The translations under genes were made by a program, and so were the position numbers. Shown one piece after another: positions 22,701 through 31,700 of a stretch of DNA of 64,000 nucleotides; the stretch's first letter is position 1; each line of letters opens with the position of its first letter. The notes beneath the pieces were generated by a model. That model worked only from the letters and a program-made list of their open reading frames with translations, did no database searches and had not been told where the DNA came from. Source of the DNA: Auanema rhodensis. Lineage: Eukaryota > Animalia > Nematoda. The stretch is from the NCBI GenBank assembly GCA_964057225.1, contig OZ059897.1:10664001-10728000 (forward strand), read 5' to 3'.

Positions 22701-24208
22701 ACCCGATTGCGTTCGCTAGTAGAAAGTTGACTCCAGCGGAACGGAAATATCCTCCTATTGAAGTTGAAGCACTCGGTTTAGTCTTTGCTCTTCAACAATT
22801 CCGTACCTATGTATTAGGAGTACCTACCACAGTTATCACAGATCACCGACCATTAACCAGTTTAATGTCGCGTAAAGATCTCATAGGTAGATTAGCCAAG
22901 TATCAACTAATGATACAAGATTTCAACATAAAGATTGAATATCGTCCTGGCAAATTAAACAGTGTCTGTGATGCTCTCTCCAGGTATATAGGAAACGAAG
23001 CAAATGACAGTCGTCCTACTAAACCAAAGGACAAAGTAAAACCTGTTGATGCTTTTATTGCTCATATCACAACTATTTCTTCTATTGACCAACTAAATTG
23101 TGAAGAAATACGGAAAGTTCAAGCTGGAGTTCCCTGGATTCGCGAAGCACTTTCTCAAATTAATAATGATAACTGTCCGGCTAATATATCAGACCGGTAT
23201 GAAGAACGAGAAGGCATATTACATGCAAAACAAGCGAAAAATTATTTAAAACCATCTATTATTTTGCCTCGAAACGACAAAATAACTGATGTTGTCATCA
23301 AATTTTTTCACGAAGATTCCAAAATTGGTGCACACCTAGGTATTAATAAAACTACTGATGCGATTCGACGACGATTCTTTTGGACTAATATGGTTTTACA
23401 AATAACTGAATTTATTAATCGTTGTACAAAATGTGCAAGTAGGAAATCTAACCCACAACAATCGTATATTCAACCTATGGGAAGATTTGTTATACCCGAA
23501 AAGCCATTTGATCGTATTCATGTAGATATACTAGGTCCTTTACCTCGCACTAATGATGGACATCGATACATCTTGAGTATTCAAGACGCTTTTAGTAAAT
23601 GGGGAACAACTTGCCCATTAATAACACAAACGGCTACTGAAATCACAGAAGCGTTTGTAATTAGATTTGTTTTCATATATGGACCACCAATGAGTATGAT
23701 AACCGATAATGGTAGTAGCTTTTTGTCATCTGAATTTCAAGCTATGTGTAAACAATTTGGAATTAAACACACTACTACGCTACCATATCATAAAAATGCT
23801 AATGGACAAGTTGAGAGACTTCATAGAACTTTGGAAGAAGCTCTCTCTTCATTCGTGAATGAACAACAAACTAACTGGGATATACACCTACCCAAAGTTA
23901 TGTTTGCGATCAATACGTTACCAAACTCATCAACATCTATTAGTCCATATGTTGTATTATTTGGTCGGGATGCAAGACTTCCTATTGACCATCAATTGCC
24001 TGGAAATAATCTTCAAACTGAAGAACCAGCCAATCCTACAGAAGATTTTGTCAATAGATCGCTAATACAAAATGAAAGCACATCTAATATAGTAAAAGAT
24101 AGAATTGAAACATGCACAAAGAAGAATGAACAACGGTACAATACACGAAATAGAACACAAAATAAAGAATTTAGTATTTTAGTATTAGTATTTAGTATTT
24201 TTTTATGA
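16778..24208 (+). CDS. Gag-Env-Pol polyprotein, copy 1 (first ATG at 16952; integrase C-terminus truncated by the deletion)
   Basis: 2476-codon ORF: capsid motifs (YDG...F; QQGDKSV..F; AFLNGL), signal peptide aa 380-400, TM aa 1269-1289, protease DSG (D1374), RT YLDD (22190-22201), RNase H, integrase HHCC + D,D,E. Confidence 0.95.
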   Translation: MREEGDSSSSSHSSSLTIRTRSKSRKAITEETPRAPTIVRNRSPSRWAAAITKAFERKMTPTSPSPNSNVAPPSRNMATILNCHLCPRYDGSRSFRSFVESLNRFFNVMNLSLPERLLILPLLLESNETALSLYNSIPSGIRTNGPWIVLMDQLTELLAPKTDKNFTIALIHRVQQGDKSVLDFSMELERMASTIMSPMDPEREPMLKTAFLNGLKEELGIAVLTKNPATYEQAKKLARFEEGVRNSFMKRNEDTSTLKELINALQHKLSFSEERERSRNNNNNKNYKNNKKNNNWTQHNNGSNDYERERERPSAVRYYNNNSQNGKMNRRPNPGNRPFANGRNANSSSWNPRPSSPRRQRPSANGNGNSRVYSVATPFMPPVTLCLTLLALSCLPFGSAKYQICAQSEGGILVTPPVVTGCHKAEIEKAHSVEVEIYLPKAEIESWEAWKCYVKKYKSCVRDFMFLRDRNTTFSHIETVDKKDCVRAHRNRMWNDKIMNAQQHSVFETPLNEHNPTRSWSTEECVEIEQFVLKRGIITRLKEDHIVSDLFINTDNCKGNEGFCATGESAVIWQPPIPSVVCHYQKLGPFSAMLGDHILLVHSIESAFVLQNHSTSAHVQSCFEFAVFESSSEAIIRFTAYPRVYNLLDLSNTLLNADRRRNKRNALPQKHRSFSDDYLFVNAKSQPYAFPFLRPTFIFGSASITKFYAKYMRYAATSSYESLLQFAIDNPLFIDTIVSLGLTKDHITNWAKSNNFKDPNLLILQCMGIEEIKLATRQMINSMKLDDLITQVARRIEVPRLKRSLMKSTTSIEDFFRGMAHAVVYQATILDGTQTVPSIEQLARALYPSILPRSGNMNQSEIIATAQGMLFMIQQQSGKEQISRDMQVSRQQKADATVRNNQEQDLAIISKLPDYHNLYTKNSTAYYGFPPQSIEYPQENPKFNKTEVLEFISWVKTQITTDKNMVQHTTVTPITSTKTTIRSLTTPTPNAYERGRELYVAEVYDNVLHKSEHKTKTIIDNKLNYGFEKARLSIIDEFHQQFHTICKSQMETVKSWQAILRIHPTIGVRAMLQRDDIVARFVGRNVLKITTCQEIEPHFIYRNHSYNDKCYAETPVLTHNKQLFFAPIDSYDLSTEGHEINCEHKETEIWYENGTWRDYKGDTHKVDSIHSEKHDHYAELSKLRFTGRNLFENSTEKSLALSIGLTYGYSLSTSPHHDLLRIISRSRDWPQISSFILKGSKLIRDARKIVFSNWDLFIDFCIGSIERTLITIGCITLILCLMIALYFTIKCYLSPTSMLKINHIMLSPTAPPLEGDEIHETVSDELMRSYFPTIITYIPLAIPFVCHTTTKKNGHLLPFVHIDIEGRGLLALWDSGATVSYIPFSTLAYIGRQYFTKYSKSASTANGSEFRFVGKCKLDVGIAGYQVEHEFLISEDNDCPGQMLLGTDFMRTLEEREIFTTLKLCKGKLIVGNMETPLVKSGCFAYKTTTKTVNIISLSTVTVPPHSTSHISLQTGPELDFDQYALLKSSIGPISIPDAAIGPFPITMVVSNNSSKPIKINKNDHIGSGLIASKEIMNDYVPPEADWEDKLPTFPQHLLDDLNFNSCTLSHKMKKNLITIIKENQTAFFNHDHNIGLFCGPVEHAIPIRSDMDFPKSRSYRVPLGKQEEVERQVKEMLSQGIIENSTATFTSPVVLVKKKDNSFRFVTDFRALNSVTKKQTYSIPHIPDIIDLAAGAQFFSNFDLISGFFQIPLKRSDRHLTAFTTPSGTYQYCRMPMGLCGAPHTFQSAVRYLQSLVRCKLFVYLDDLLIISNSADEHLRDIQEVLKKVTELGLKIKLSKCCFAATEVKFLGFIIGRNGVKPDPAKIQAVSEFPNPSTVTAVRSFLGMTNYFRRFIQNYAGIAEPLYKLTHKDTPFEWKSEHADAFKTLKTLLCTAPVLKPPKADQPFVIESDGSMIAVGAVLLQSAEKNSPLHPIAFASRKLTPAERKYPPIEVEALGLVFALQQFRTYVLGVPTTVITDHRPLTSLMSRKDLIGRLAKYQLMIQDFNIKIEYRPGKLNSVCDALSRYIGNEANDSRPTKPKDKVKPVDAFIAHITTISSIDQLNCEEIRKVQAGVPWIREALSQINNDNCPANISDRYEEREGILHAKQAKNYLKPSIILPRNDKITDVVIKFFHEDSKIGAHLGINKTTDAIRRRFFWTNMVLQITEFINRCTKCASRKSNPQQSYIQPMGRFVIPEKPFDRIHVDILGPLPRTNDGHRYILSIQDAFSKWGTTCPLITQTATEITEAFVIRFVFIYGPPMSMITDNGSSFLSSEFQAMCKQFGIKHTTTLPYHKNANGQVERLHRTLEEALSSFVNEQQTNWDIHLPKVMFAINTLPNSSTSISPYVVLFGRDARLPIDHQLPGNNLQTEEPANPTEDFVNRSLIQNESTSNIVKDRIETCTKKNEQRYNTRNRTQNKEFSILVLVFSIFL
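17015..17530 (+). other. gag: Gag capsid domain
   Basis: PRYDGSRSFRSFVESLNRFF ... QQGDKSVLDFSMELERMA ... AFLNGL ... PATYEQAKKLARFEE is typical of Ty3/Gypsy capsid. Confidence 0.85.
17915..20644 (+). other. env: Envelope glycoprotein domain, class III fusogen-like (herpesvirus gB / chuvirus G type)
   Basis: Signal peptide MPPVTLCLTLLALSCLPFGSA; Cys-rich ectodomain with N-glycosylation sequons; furin sites RNKR and RLKR; gB-like C..Q......W......P.......R....AR..G..V....TC and CY...P motifs; TM LITIGCITLILCLMIALYFTI. Confidence 0.85.
20840..24169 (+). other. pol: Pol region: aspartic protease, reverse transcriptase, RNase H, integrase
   Basis: ALWDSGA/LLGTDF; SPVVLVKKKD, DFRALN, MPMGL, YLDD; SDGS..AVGAVL, TDH; H-H-C-C, HVDILGP, TDNG, NGQVER. 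Confidence 0.97.
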
Positions 24209-24209
24209 A
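24170..24209. other. 40-bp filler DNA at the deletion junction of copy 1
   Basis: Reiterated (T)TAGTATT motif replaces ~1012 bp that is present in copy 2 (24995-26006). Confidence 0.85.
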
Positions 24210-24362
24210 GTATTTTCTTGTTATCTGATAATGAATCCTTTTCTCTTTGAGTATTTGTCTTAATAAGGAAATCGGGGCTTTCGGGTCTGCCTACCTAAGG
24301 AACAAGGTAGAAGTACATATATCTTCCGACCATGAAAAGACGGGAAGAAACGATATGTAACG
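24210..24362 (+). repeat. Truncated 3' LTR of copy 1 (last 153 bp)
   Basis: Matches 15473-15625 with one substitution seen. Confidence 0.95.
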
Positions 24363-24481
24363 ACATCTTTCAATTTTTGGTCATTGATTAGAATTTTCAT
24401 GTTGTCACACAGAAATTGAAGAATCTTAGTTCATTTCAGTAACAATGAACACACTAACTTTGTTAAGTTGTTGTAATATCG

Positions 24482-24553
24482 GCCCAAGTAGTATAGTGGT
24501 TAGTACTCCACGTTGTGGCCGTGGCGACACAGGTTCGATTCCTGTCTTGGGCA
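24482..24553 (+). tRNA. tRNA-His(GTG), intact copy between the two retroelements
   Basis: Consensus cloverleaf with intact A and B boxes. Confidence 0.95.
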
Positions 24554-24813
24554 TTTTTTGTTTTGAAATTTAAATGCTATAAACATATTGCTTGCTTGTC
24601 ATCTTAGATTTCTTCAATTTGAATACTTATTCAAGTTATAACAATTTTTGATTTAATCACGTTCAATAAACTGTATTGTTTTCAAAAATAAAGACATCTT
24701 TCAATTTCTGGTCATTGAATTAGAATTTTCATGTTGTCACACAGAAATTGAAGAATCTTAGTTCATTTCAGTAACAATGAACACACTAACTTTGTTAAGT
24801 TGTTGTAATATCG

Positions 24814-24841
24814 GCCCAAGTAGTATAGTGGTTAGTACTCC
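24814..24841 (+). pseudogene. 5' part of a tRNA-His split by LTR copy 2
   Basis: GCCCAAG...TACTCC followed by the LTR; the remainder is at 34930-34977. Confidence 0.95.
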
Positions 24842-25222
24842 CGTTACATATTGTTTCTTCCCGTCTTTTCATGGTCGGAAGATATATGTACTTCTACCTT
24901 GTTCCTTAGGTAGGCAGACCCGAACGCCCCGATTTCCTTATTAAGACAAATACTCAAAGAGAAAAGGATTCATTATCAGATAACAAGAAAATACAATATA
25001 AGAATTACATTAAGAAAGAATATAAAGAGATATAATAAAGTATTAAATAGAGTATATATATAGATGATATAGAGATGAGACTCACATGACTATAAGACAA
25101 CCTATCTGGGTTAGGCCAGAAGCAAGAGTGCCATGTGTGTCCCATGTTGTGGGCGGGGCTTGTTCAGGCTCCCGCTATTTGAATAGCGCGCACATGTTTA
25201 CCATGTGCTTGCAGATGTGACA
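24842..25222 (-). repeat. 3' LTR of copy 2
   Basis: Direct repeat of 34549-34929. Confidence 0.97.
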
Positions 25223-25234
25223 TCCCCCCACTTT
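25223..25234 (-). promoter_or_regulatory. Polypurine tract
   Basis: AAAGTGGGGGGA on the minus strand, immediately before the TGTCACA start of the 3' LTR. Confidence 0.9.
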
Positions 25235-25736
25235 AAAAAGTTGAACGTCCTCGTTCAAAAACAAAATAAATTAATTCAATTTTTAAGATAGTTGGATGTT
25301 GGAAAAAAAATCATGGTGTAGTGGATAAAAAAATGTATACAATACGATTTGAAAGTTTAGCTATTGTCTCTTCAAGTTTGTTGAATTCGAAATGTAGTAT
25401 CGAGTAGATTCTATTCCATTCACTTGCAAACGAGAGCTTTGCTTCTAAACCATTCGACTGTGATATAGTCGTTCATTTTCTCGAGTTCTACAGGTACGGT
25501 GTTACCCTGAGAATAGGTCGAGCCCGTTCTGTACAAAAAAATGAAAACTCGTTTAACCCGTATGACTAATGTCCATAAGGTGAATACAAGTAATGATTAT
25601 GCATAAAAAAATAGCAAGATTCACAAGAGAATGTTGAAAAATCTACTCAATGAGAGTTGGAGTAATAAAACAAAACCTTGTAAAACAATAGCAGACTTTT
25701 CAGAGAAAATCAATCAACAACAAAGAAGTGTTACAA

Positions 25737-28700
25737 TCAGAAATGGCACAAAATAAAAAAAAATAAAAATTTCAACAATTTGATTTTGTTAAAAAAAAAA
25801 CTACCTTCAAGAAATTGTGATAACCGGAATAGATGTGGTCCGTTGGTAAGGTTTGACGAAGTCCTTGTGTACTCTTCTGCTTTTTCCTTTATCTGTTTGA
25901 ACCACGACGAAAGATCTTTGAAGACTAAATAAGGCCCTTCGAATGAAGGTGTTAGTTTGTTTCGAGTAGAATTCACTTTTATCATAACTAAGTCATCAAC
26001 CTGAATTTCTTTATTTTGTGTTCTATTTCGTGTATTGTACCGTTGTTCATTCTTCTTTGTGCATGTTTCAATTCTATCTTTTACTATATTAGATGTGCTT
26101 TCATTTTGTATTAGCGATCTATTGACAAAATCTTCTGTAGGATTGGCTGGTTCTTCAGTTTGAAGATTATTTCCAGGCAATTGATGGTCAATAGGAAGTC
26201 TTGCATCCCGACCAAATAATACAACATATGGACTAATAGATGTTGATGAGTTTGGTAACGTATTGATCGCAAACATAACTTTGGGTAGGTGTATATCCCA
26301 GTTAGTTTGTTGTTCATTCACGAATGAAGAGAGAGCTTCTTCCAAAGTTCTATGAAGTCTCTCAACTTGTCCATTAGCATTTTTATGATATGGTAGCGTA
26401 GTAGTGTGTTTAATTCCAAATTGTTTACACATAGCTTGAAATTCAGATGACAAAAAGCTACTACCATTATCGGTTATCATACTCATTGGTGGTCCATATA
26501 TGAAAACAAATCTAATTACAAACGCTTCTGTGATTTCAGTAGCCGTTTGTGTTATTAATGGGCAAGTTGTTCCCCATTTACTAAAAGCGTCTTGAATACT
26601 CAAGATGTATCGATGTCCATCATTAGTGCGAGGTAAAGGACCTAGTATATCTACATGAATACGATCAAATGGCTTTTCGGGTATAACAAATCTTCCCATA
26701 GGTTGAATATACGATTGTTGTGGGTTAGATTTCCTACTTGCACATTTTGTACAACGATTAATAAATTCAGTTATTTGTAAAACCATATTAGTCCAAAAGA
26801 ATCGTCGTCGAATCGCATCAGTAGTTTTATTAATACCTAGGTGTGCACCAATTTTGGAATCTTCGTGAAAAAATTTGATGACAACATCAGTTATTTTGTC
26901 GTTTCGAGGCAAAATAATAGATGGTTTTAAATAATTTTTCGCTTGTTTTGCATGTAATATGCCTTCTCGTTCTTCATACCGGTCTGATATATTAGCCGGA
27001 CAGTTATCATTATTAATTTGAGAAAGTGCTTCGCGAATCCAGGGAACTCCAGCTTGAACTTTCCGTATTTCTTCACAATTTAGTTGGTCAATAGAAGAAA
27101 TAGTTGTGATATGAGCAATAAAAGCATCAACAGGTTTTACTTTGTCCTTTGGTTTAGTAGGACGACTGTCATTTGCTTCGTTTCCTATATACCTGGAGAG
27201 AGCATCACAGACACTGTTTAATTTGCCAGGACGATATTCAATCTTTATGTTGAAATCTTGTATCATTAGTTGATACTTGGCTAATCTACCTATGAGATCT
27301 TTACGCGACATTAAACTGGTTAATGGTCGGTGATCTGTGATAACTGTGGTAGGTACTCCTAATACATAGGTACGGAATTGTTGAAGAGCAAAGACTAAAC
27401 CGAGTGCTTCAACTTCAATAGGAGGATATTTCCGTTCCGCTGGAGTCAACTTTCTACTAGCGAACGCAATCGGGTGTAATGGAGAATTTTTCTCTGCTGA
27501 TTGCAATAAAACTGCTCCCACAGCGATCATACTGCCATCACTTTCTATAACAAAAGGTTGGTCTGCTTTAGGAGGTTTCAGTACAGGGGCAGTACACAGT
27601 AATGTTTTTAAAGTTTTAAATGCGTCTGCATGTTCCGATTTCCACTCAAAAGGAGTATCCTTATGTGTTAACTTATACAATGGCTCAGCTATTCCGGCAT
27701 AATTTTGAATAAACCGTCGAAAATAGTTAGTCATACCTAGAAAGGATCTGACAGCCGTAACTGTGCTTGGATTTGGAAATTCGGAAACAGCCTGTATTTT
27801 AGCAGGATCTGGTTTAACACCATTTCTACCTATTATAAAACCCAAAAACTTTACTTCAGTGGCTGCAAAGCAACATTTAGATAACTTAATTTTTAACCCT
27901 AGTTCAGTGACCTTTTTCAGCACTTCTTGTATATCTCTTAAATGTTCATCAGCTGAGTTCGAAATTATTAGCAAATCATCTAGATATACAAACAGTTTGC
28001 ATCTAACAAGAGATTGCAAGTATCGTACTGCGGATTGAAAAGTGTGTGGCGCTCCACACAATCCCATAGGCATTCGGCAATACTGATAGGTACCTGATGG
28101 AGTGGTAAAAGCAGTTAGGTGTCTATCTGAGCGTTTCAACGGTATTTGGAAGAAACCAGAAATGAGATCAAAATTCGAAAAGAACTGAGCTCCAGCCGCT
28201 AAGTCTATGATATCAGGAATGTGTGGGATGCTGTATGTTTGTTTCTTAGTAACACTATTCAATGCTCTAAAGTCAGTTACGAACCGGAAAGAATTATCTT
28301 TCTTTTTCACAAGAACAACTGGACTAGTGAAAGTAGCCGTCGAATTTTCGATTATACCTTGCGACAACATTTCTTTCACTTGCCGTTCTACTTCTTCTTG
28401 CTTACCCAATGGTACTCTGTAAGATCTACTTTTTGGGAAATCCATATCGGATCTTATAGGAATGGCATGTTCTACTGGTCCGCAAAAGAGACCAATATTA
28501 TGATCATGGTTGAAAAATGCCGTTTGGTTTTCCTTAATGATTGTGATCAGATTTTTCTTCATTTTATGGGACAGAGTGCAAGAATTGAAGTTCAAATCAT
28601 CCAAAAGATGCTGAGGAAAAGTTGGTAACTTATCTTCCCAATCAGCTTCAGGTGGAACATAATCGTTCATAATTTCTTTAGATGCTATAAGTCCTGAACC

Positions 28701-31700
28701 AATGTGGTCATTTTTATTAATTTTAATTGGCTTTGAAGAATTGTTTGATACTACCATAGTAATAGGAAAAGGTCCTATGGCGGCATCTGGAATTGAGATA
28801 GGACCTATGCTAGATTTTAAAAGAGCATATTGATCAAAATCTAATTCTGGTCCTGTTTGCAAAGATATGTGGGAGGTACTATGTGGTGGAACTGTTACTG
28901 TGGACAAACTTATGATATTTACTGTTTTAGTTGTGGTTTTATATGCAAAACAACCAGATTTTACTAAGGGTGTTTCCATATTACCAACAATCAACTTTCC
29001 TTTACATAGTTTTAATGTAGTAAATATCTCTCTTTCTTCCAACGTACGCATAAAATCAGTACCAAGTAACATTTGTCCTGGACAGTCATTGTCTTCAGAT
29101 ATTAAAAATTCGTGTTCCACTTGGTAACCTGCTATACCCACATCTAACTTGCATTTTCCCACAAAGCGAAACTCTGATCCATTTGCAGTGGATGCAGATT
29201 TAGAATATTTTGTAAAATATTGTCTTCCAATATATGCCAATGTGGAGAACGGAATATATGAGACAGTAGCTCCAGAATCCCATAATGCTAACAGTCCTCT
29301 ACCTTCAATGTCAATATGAACAAACGGTAACAAGTGTCCATTTTTCTTTGTTGTTGTGTGACATACAAAAGGTATGGCTAAAGGAATGTAAGTTATGATG
29401 GTAGGAAAATAGCTCCGCATCAATTCATCACTAACTGTTTCATGAATCTCATCTCCCTCAAGTGGTGGAGCTGTTGGGCTCAACATGATATGGTTTATTT
29501 TTAACATAGAAGTAGGGGAGAGATAACATTTTATAGTGAAATATAATGCTATCATTAGACATAATATCAGAGTTATACAACCGATGGTAATGAGTGTTCG
29601 TTCAATTGAACCTATACAAAAGTCAATGAACAGATCCCAATTGGAGAAAACAATTTTCCTGGCATCTCTTATAAGTTTACTTCCTTTCAAGATGAAAGAG
29701 GAAATTTGAGGCCAATCACGTGAACGAGAAATTACGCGGAGAAGATCATGGTGAGGTGAAGTAGATAAACTATAACCATAAGTTAATCCAATAGATAGGG
29801 CTAAGGATTTTTCAGTCGAATTTTCAAACAAATTCCGCCCTGTGAATCGAAGTTTACTCAATTCAGCATAATGATCATGTTTTTCTGAATGAATACTATC
29901 TACTTTATGTGTGTCACCTTTATAATCTCTCCATGTTCCATTTTCATACCAAATCTCTGTCTCTTTGTGTTCACAATTGATCTCATGTCCTTCAGTGCTC
30001 AAATCGTAGCTATCGATAGGAGCAAAGAATAATTGTTTATTGTGTGTTAAAACAGGGGTCTCTGCATAACATTTATCATTGTAAGAATGATTACGATAAA
30101 TGAAATGTGGTTCTATTTCCTGACAAGTTGTTATTTTTAAAACATTTCTTCCAACAAATCGGGCAACGATATCATCCCGCTGAAGCATAGCTCTTACTCC
30201 TATTGTAGGATGTATACGTAATATAGCTTGCCAGCTTTTTACAGTTTCCATTTGAGATTTACAGATGGTATGAAACTGTTGATGAAATTCGTCAATTATG
30301 GAGAGACGCGCTTTCTCAAACCCATAATTCAACTTATTATCTATTATCGTTTTAGTTTTATGCTCTGATTTGTGGAGAACATTGTCATATACTTCTGCTA
30401 CATACAACTCTCGACCTCTCTCGTACGCATTAGGGGTAGGAGTTGTTAAACTACGAATTGTAGTTTTGGTGGCAGTTATTGGGGTTACAGTAGTATGCTG
30501 TACCATATTTTTATCAGTTGTGATTTGAGTTTTAACCCAACTTATGAATTCTAAAACTTCTGTTTTATTGAATTTAGGATTTTCTTGTGGGTATTCGATG
30601 GACTGTGGAGGAAATCCATAATATGCTGTACTATTCTTTGTATAAAGGTTGTGATAGTCAGGCAGCTTGGATATAATTGCTAAAACTTGCTCTTGGTTGT
30701 TTCTAACAGTAGCATCAGCTTTTTGTTGTCGACTGACTTGCATGTCACGAGATATTTGTTCTTTTCCCGATTGTTGTTGGATCATGAATAACATGCCTTG
30801 AGCAGTTGCAATAATTTCAGATTGATTCATATTTCCACTGCGTGCTAATATAGATGGATATAAGGCTCTGGCCAACTGTTCGATTGATGGAACTGTTTGT
30901 GTACCATCAAGAATTGTGGCTTGATATACTACTGCGTGAGCCATTCCTCGAAAGAAGTCTTCTATGGATGTTGTAGATTTCATCAACGATCTTTTTAACC
31001 GAGGAACTTCTATACGACGAGCTACTTGAGTGATAAGATCATCCAATTTCATGCTATTAATCACCTGTCTAGTAGCCAGTTTAATTTCCTCTATACCCAT
31101 ACATTGTAAAATCAAAAGATTGGGATCTTTGAAATTATTAGACTTTGCCCAGTTAGTTATGTGATCTTTTGTCAATCCTAAACTAACAATTGTGTCAATG
31201 AACAGTGGATTATCTATCGCGAATTGGAGCAAACTCTCATAAGATGATGTAGCTGCATATCTCATATATTTTGCGTAAAACTTAGTGATAGATGCAGATC
31301 CAAAAATGAAAGTAGGTCTTAGAAATGGAAACGCATATGGTTGGGATTTCGCATTAACAAAAAGATAATCATCACTGAAAGAGCGATGTTTTTGAGGTAA
31401 TGCATTACGTTTATTTCTGCGTCTATCAGCATTAAGCAAAGTATTGGAAAGATCAAGCAAATTATAAACACGGGGATATGCTGTGAATCGGATAATTGCC
31501 TCAAAGGATGATTCAAAAACAGCGAATTCGAAACAAGATTGAACGTGAGCGGATGTGGAATGATTTTGGAGAACAAAAGCGCTTTCAATAGAGTGAACTA
31601 GAAGAATATGATCACCCAACATGGCGGAGAAGGGGCCAAGTTTTTGATAGTGACAGACAACTGATGGGATAGGTGGTTGCCAGATAACTGCACTTTCACC

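Larger units (their letters stand above)
15245..24362 (+). mobile_element. Ty3/Gypsy LTR retroelement with internal envelope gene, copy 1 (3' region deleted)
   Basis: TSD ACAT at 15241-15244 and 24363-24366; 5' LTR, PBS, long ORF with PR-RT-RH-IN order; only 153 bp of the 3' LTR remain. Confidence 0.97.
24363..24841 (+). repeat. tRNA-His array segment B between the two LTR elements
   Basis: About 1.4 array units. Confidence 0.97.
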
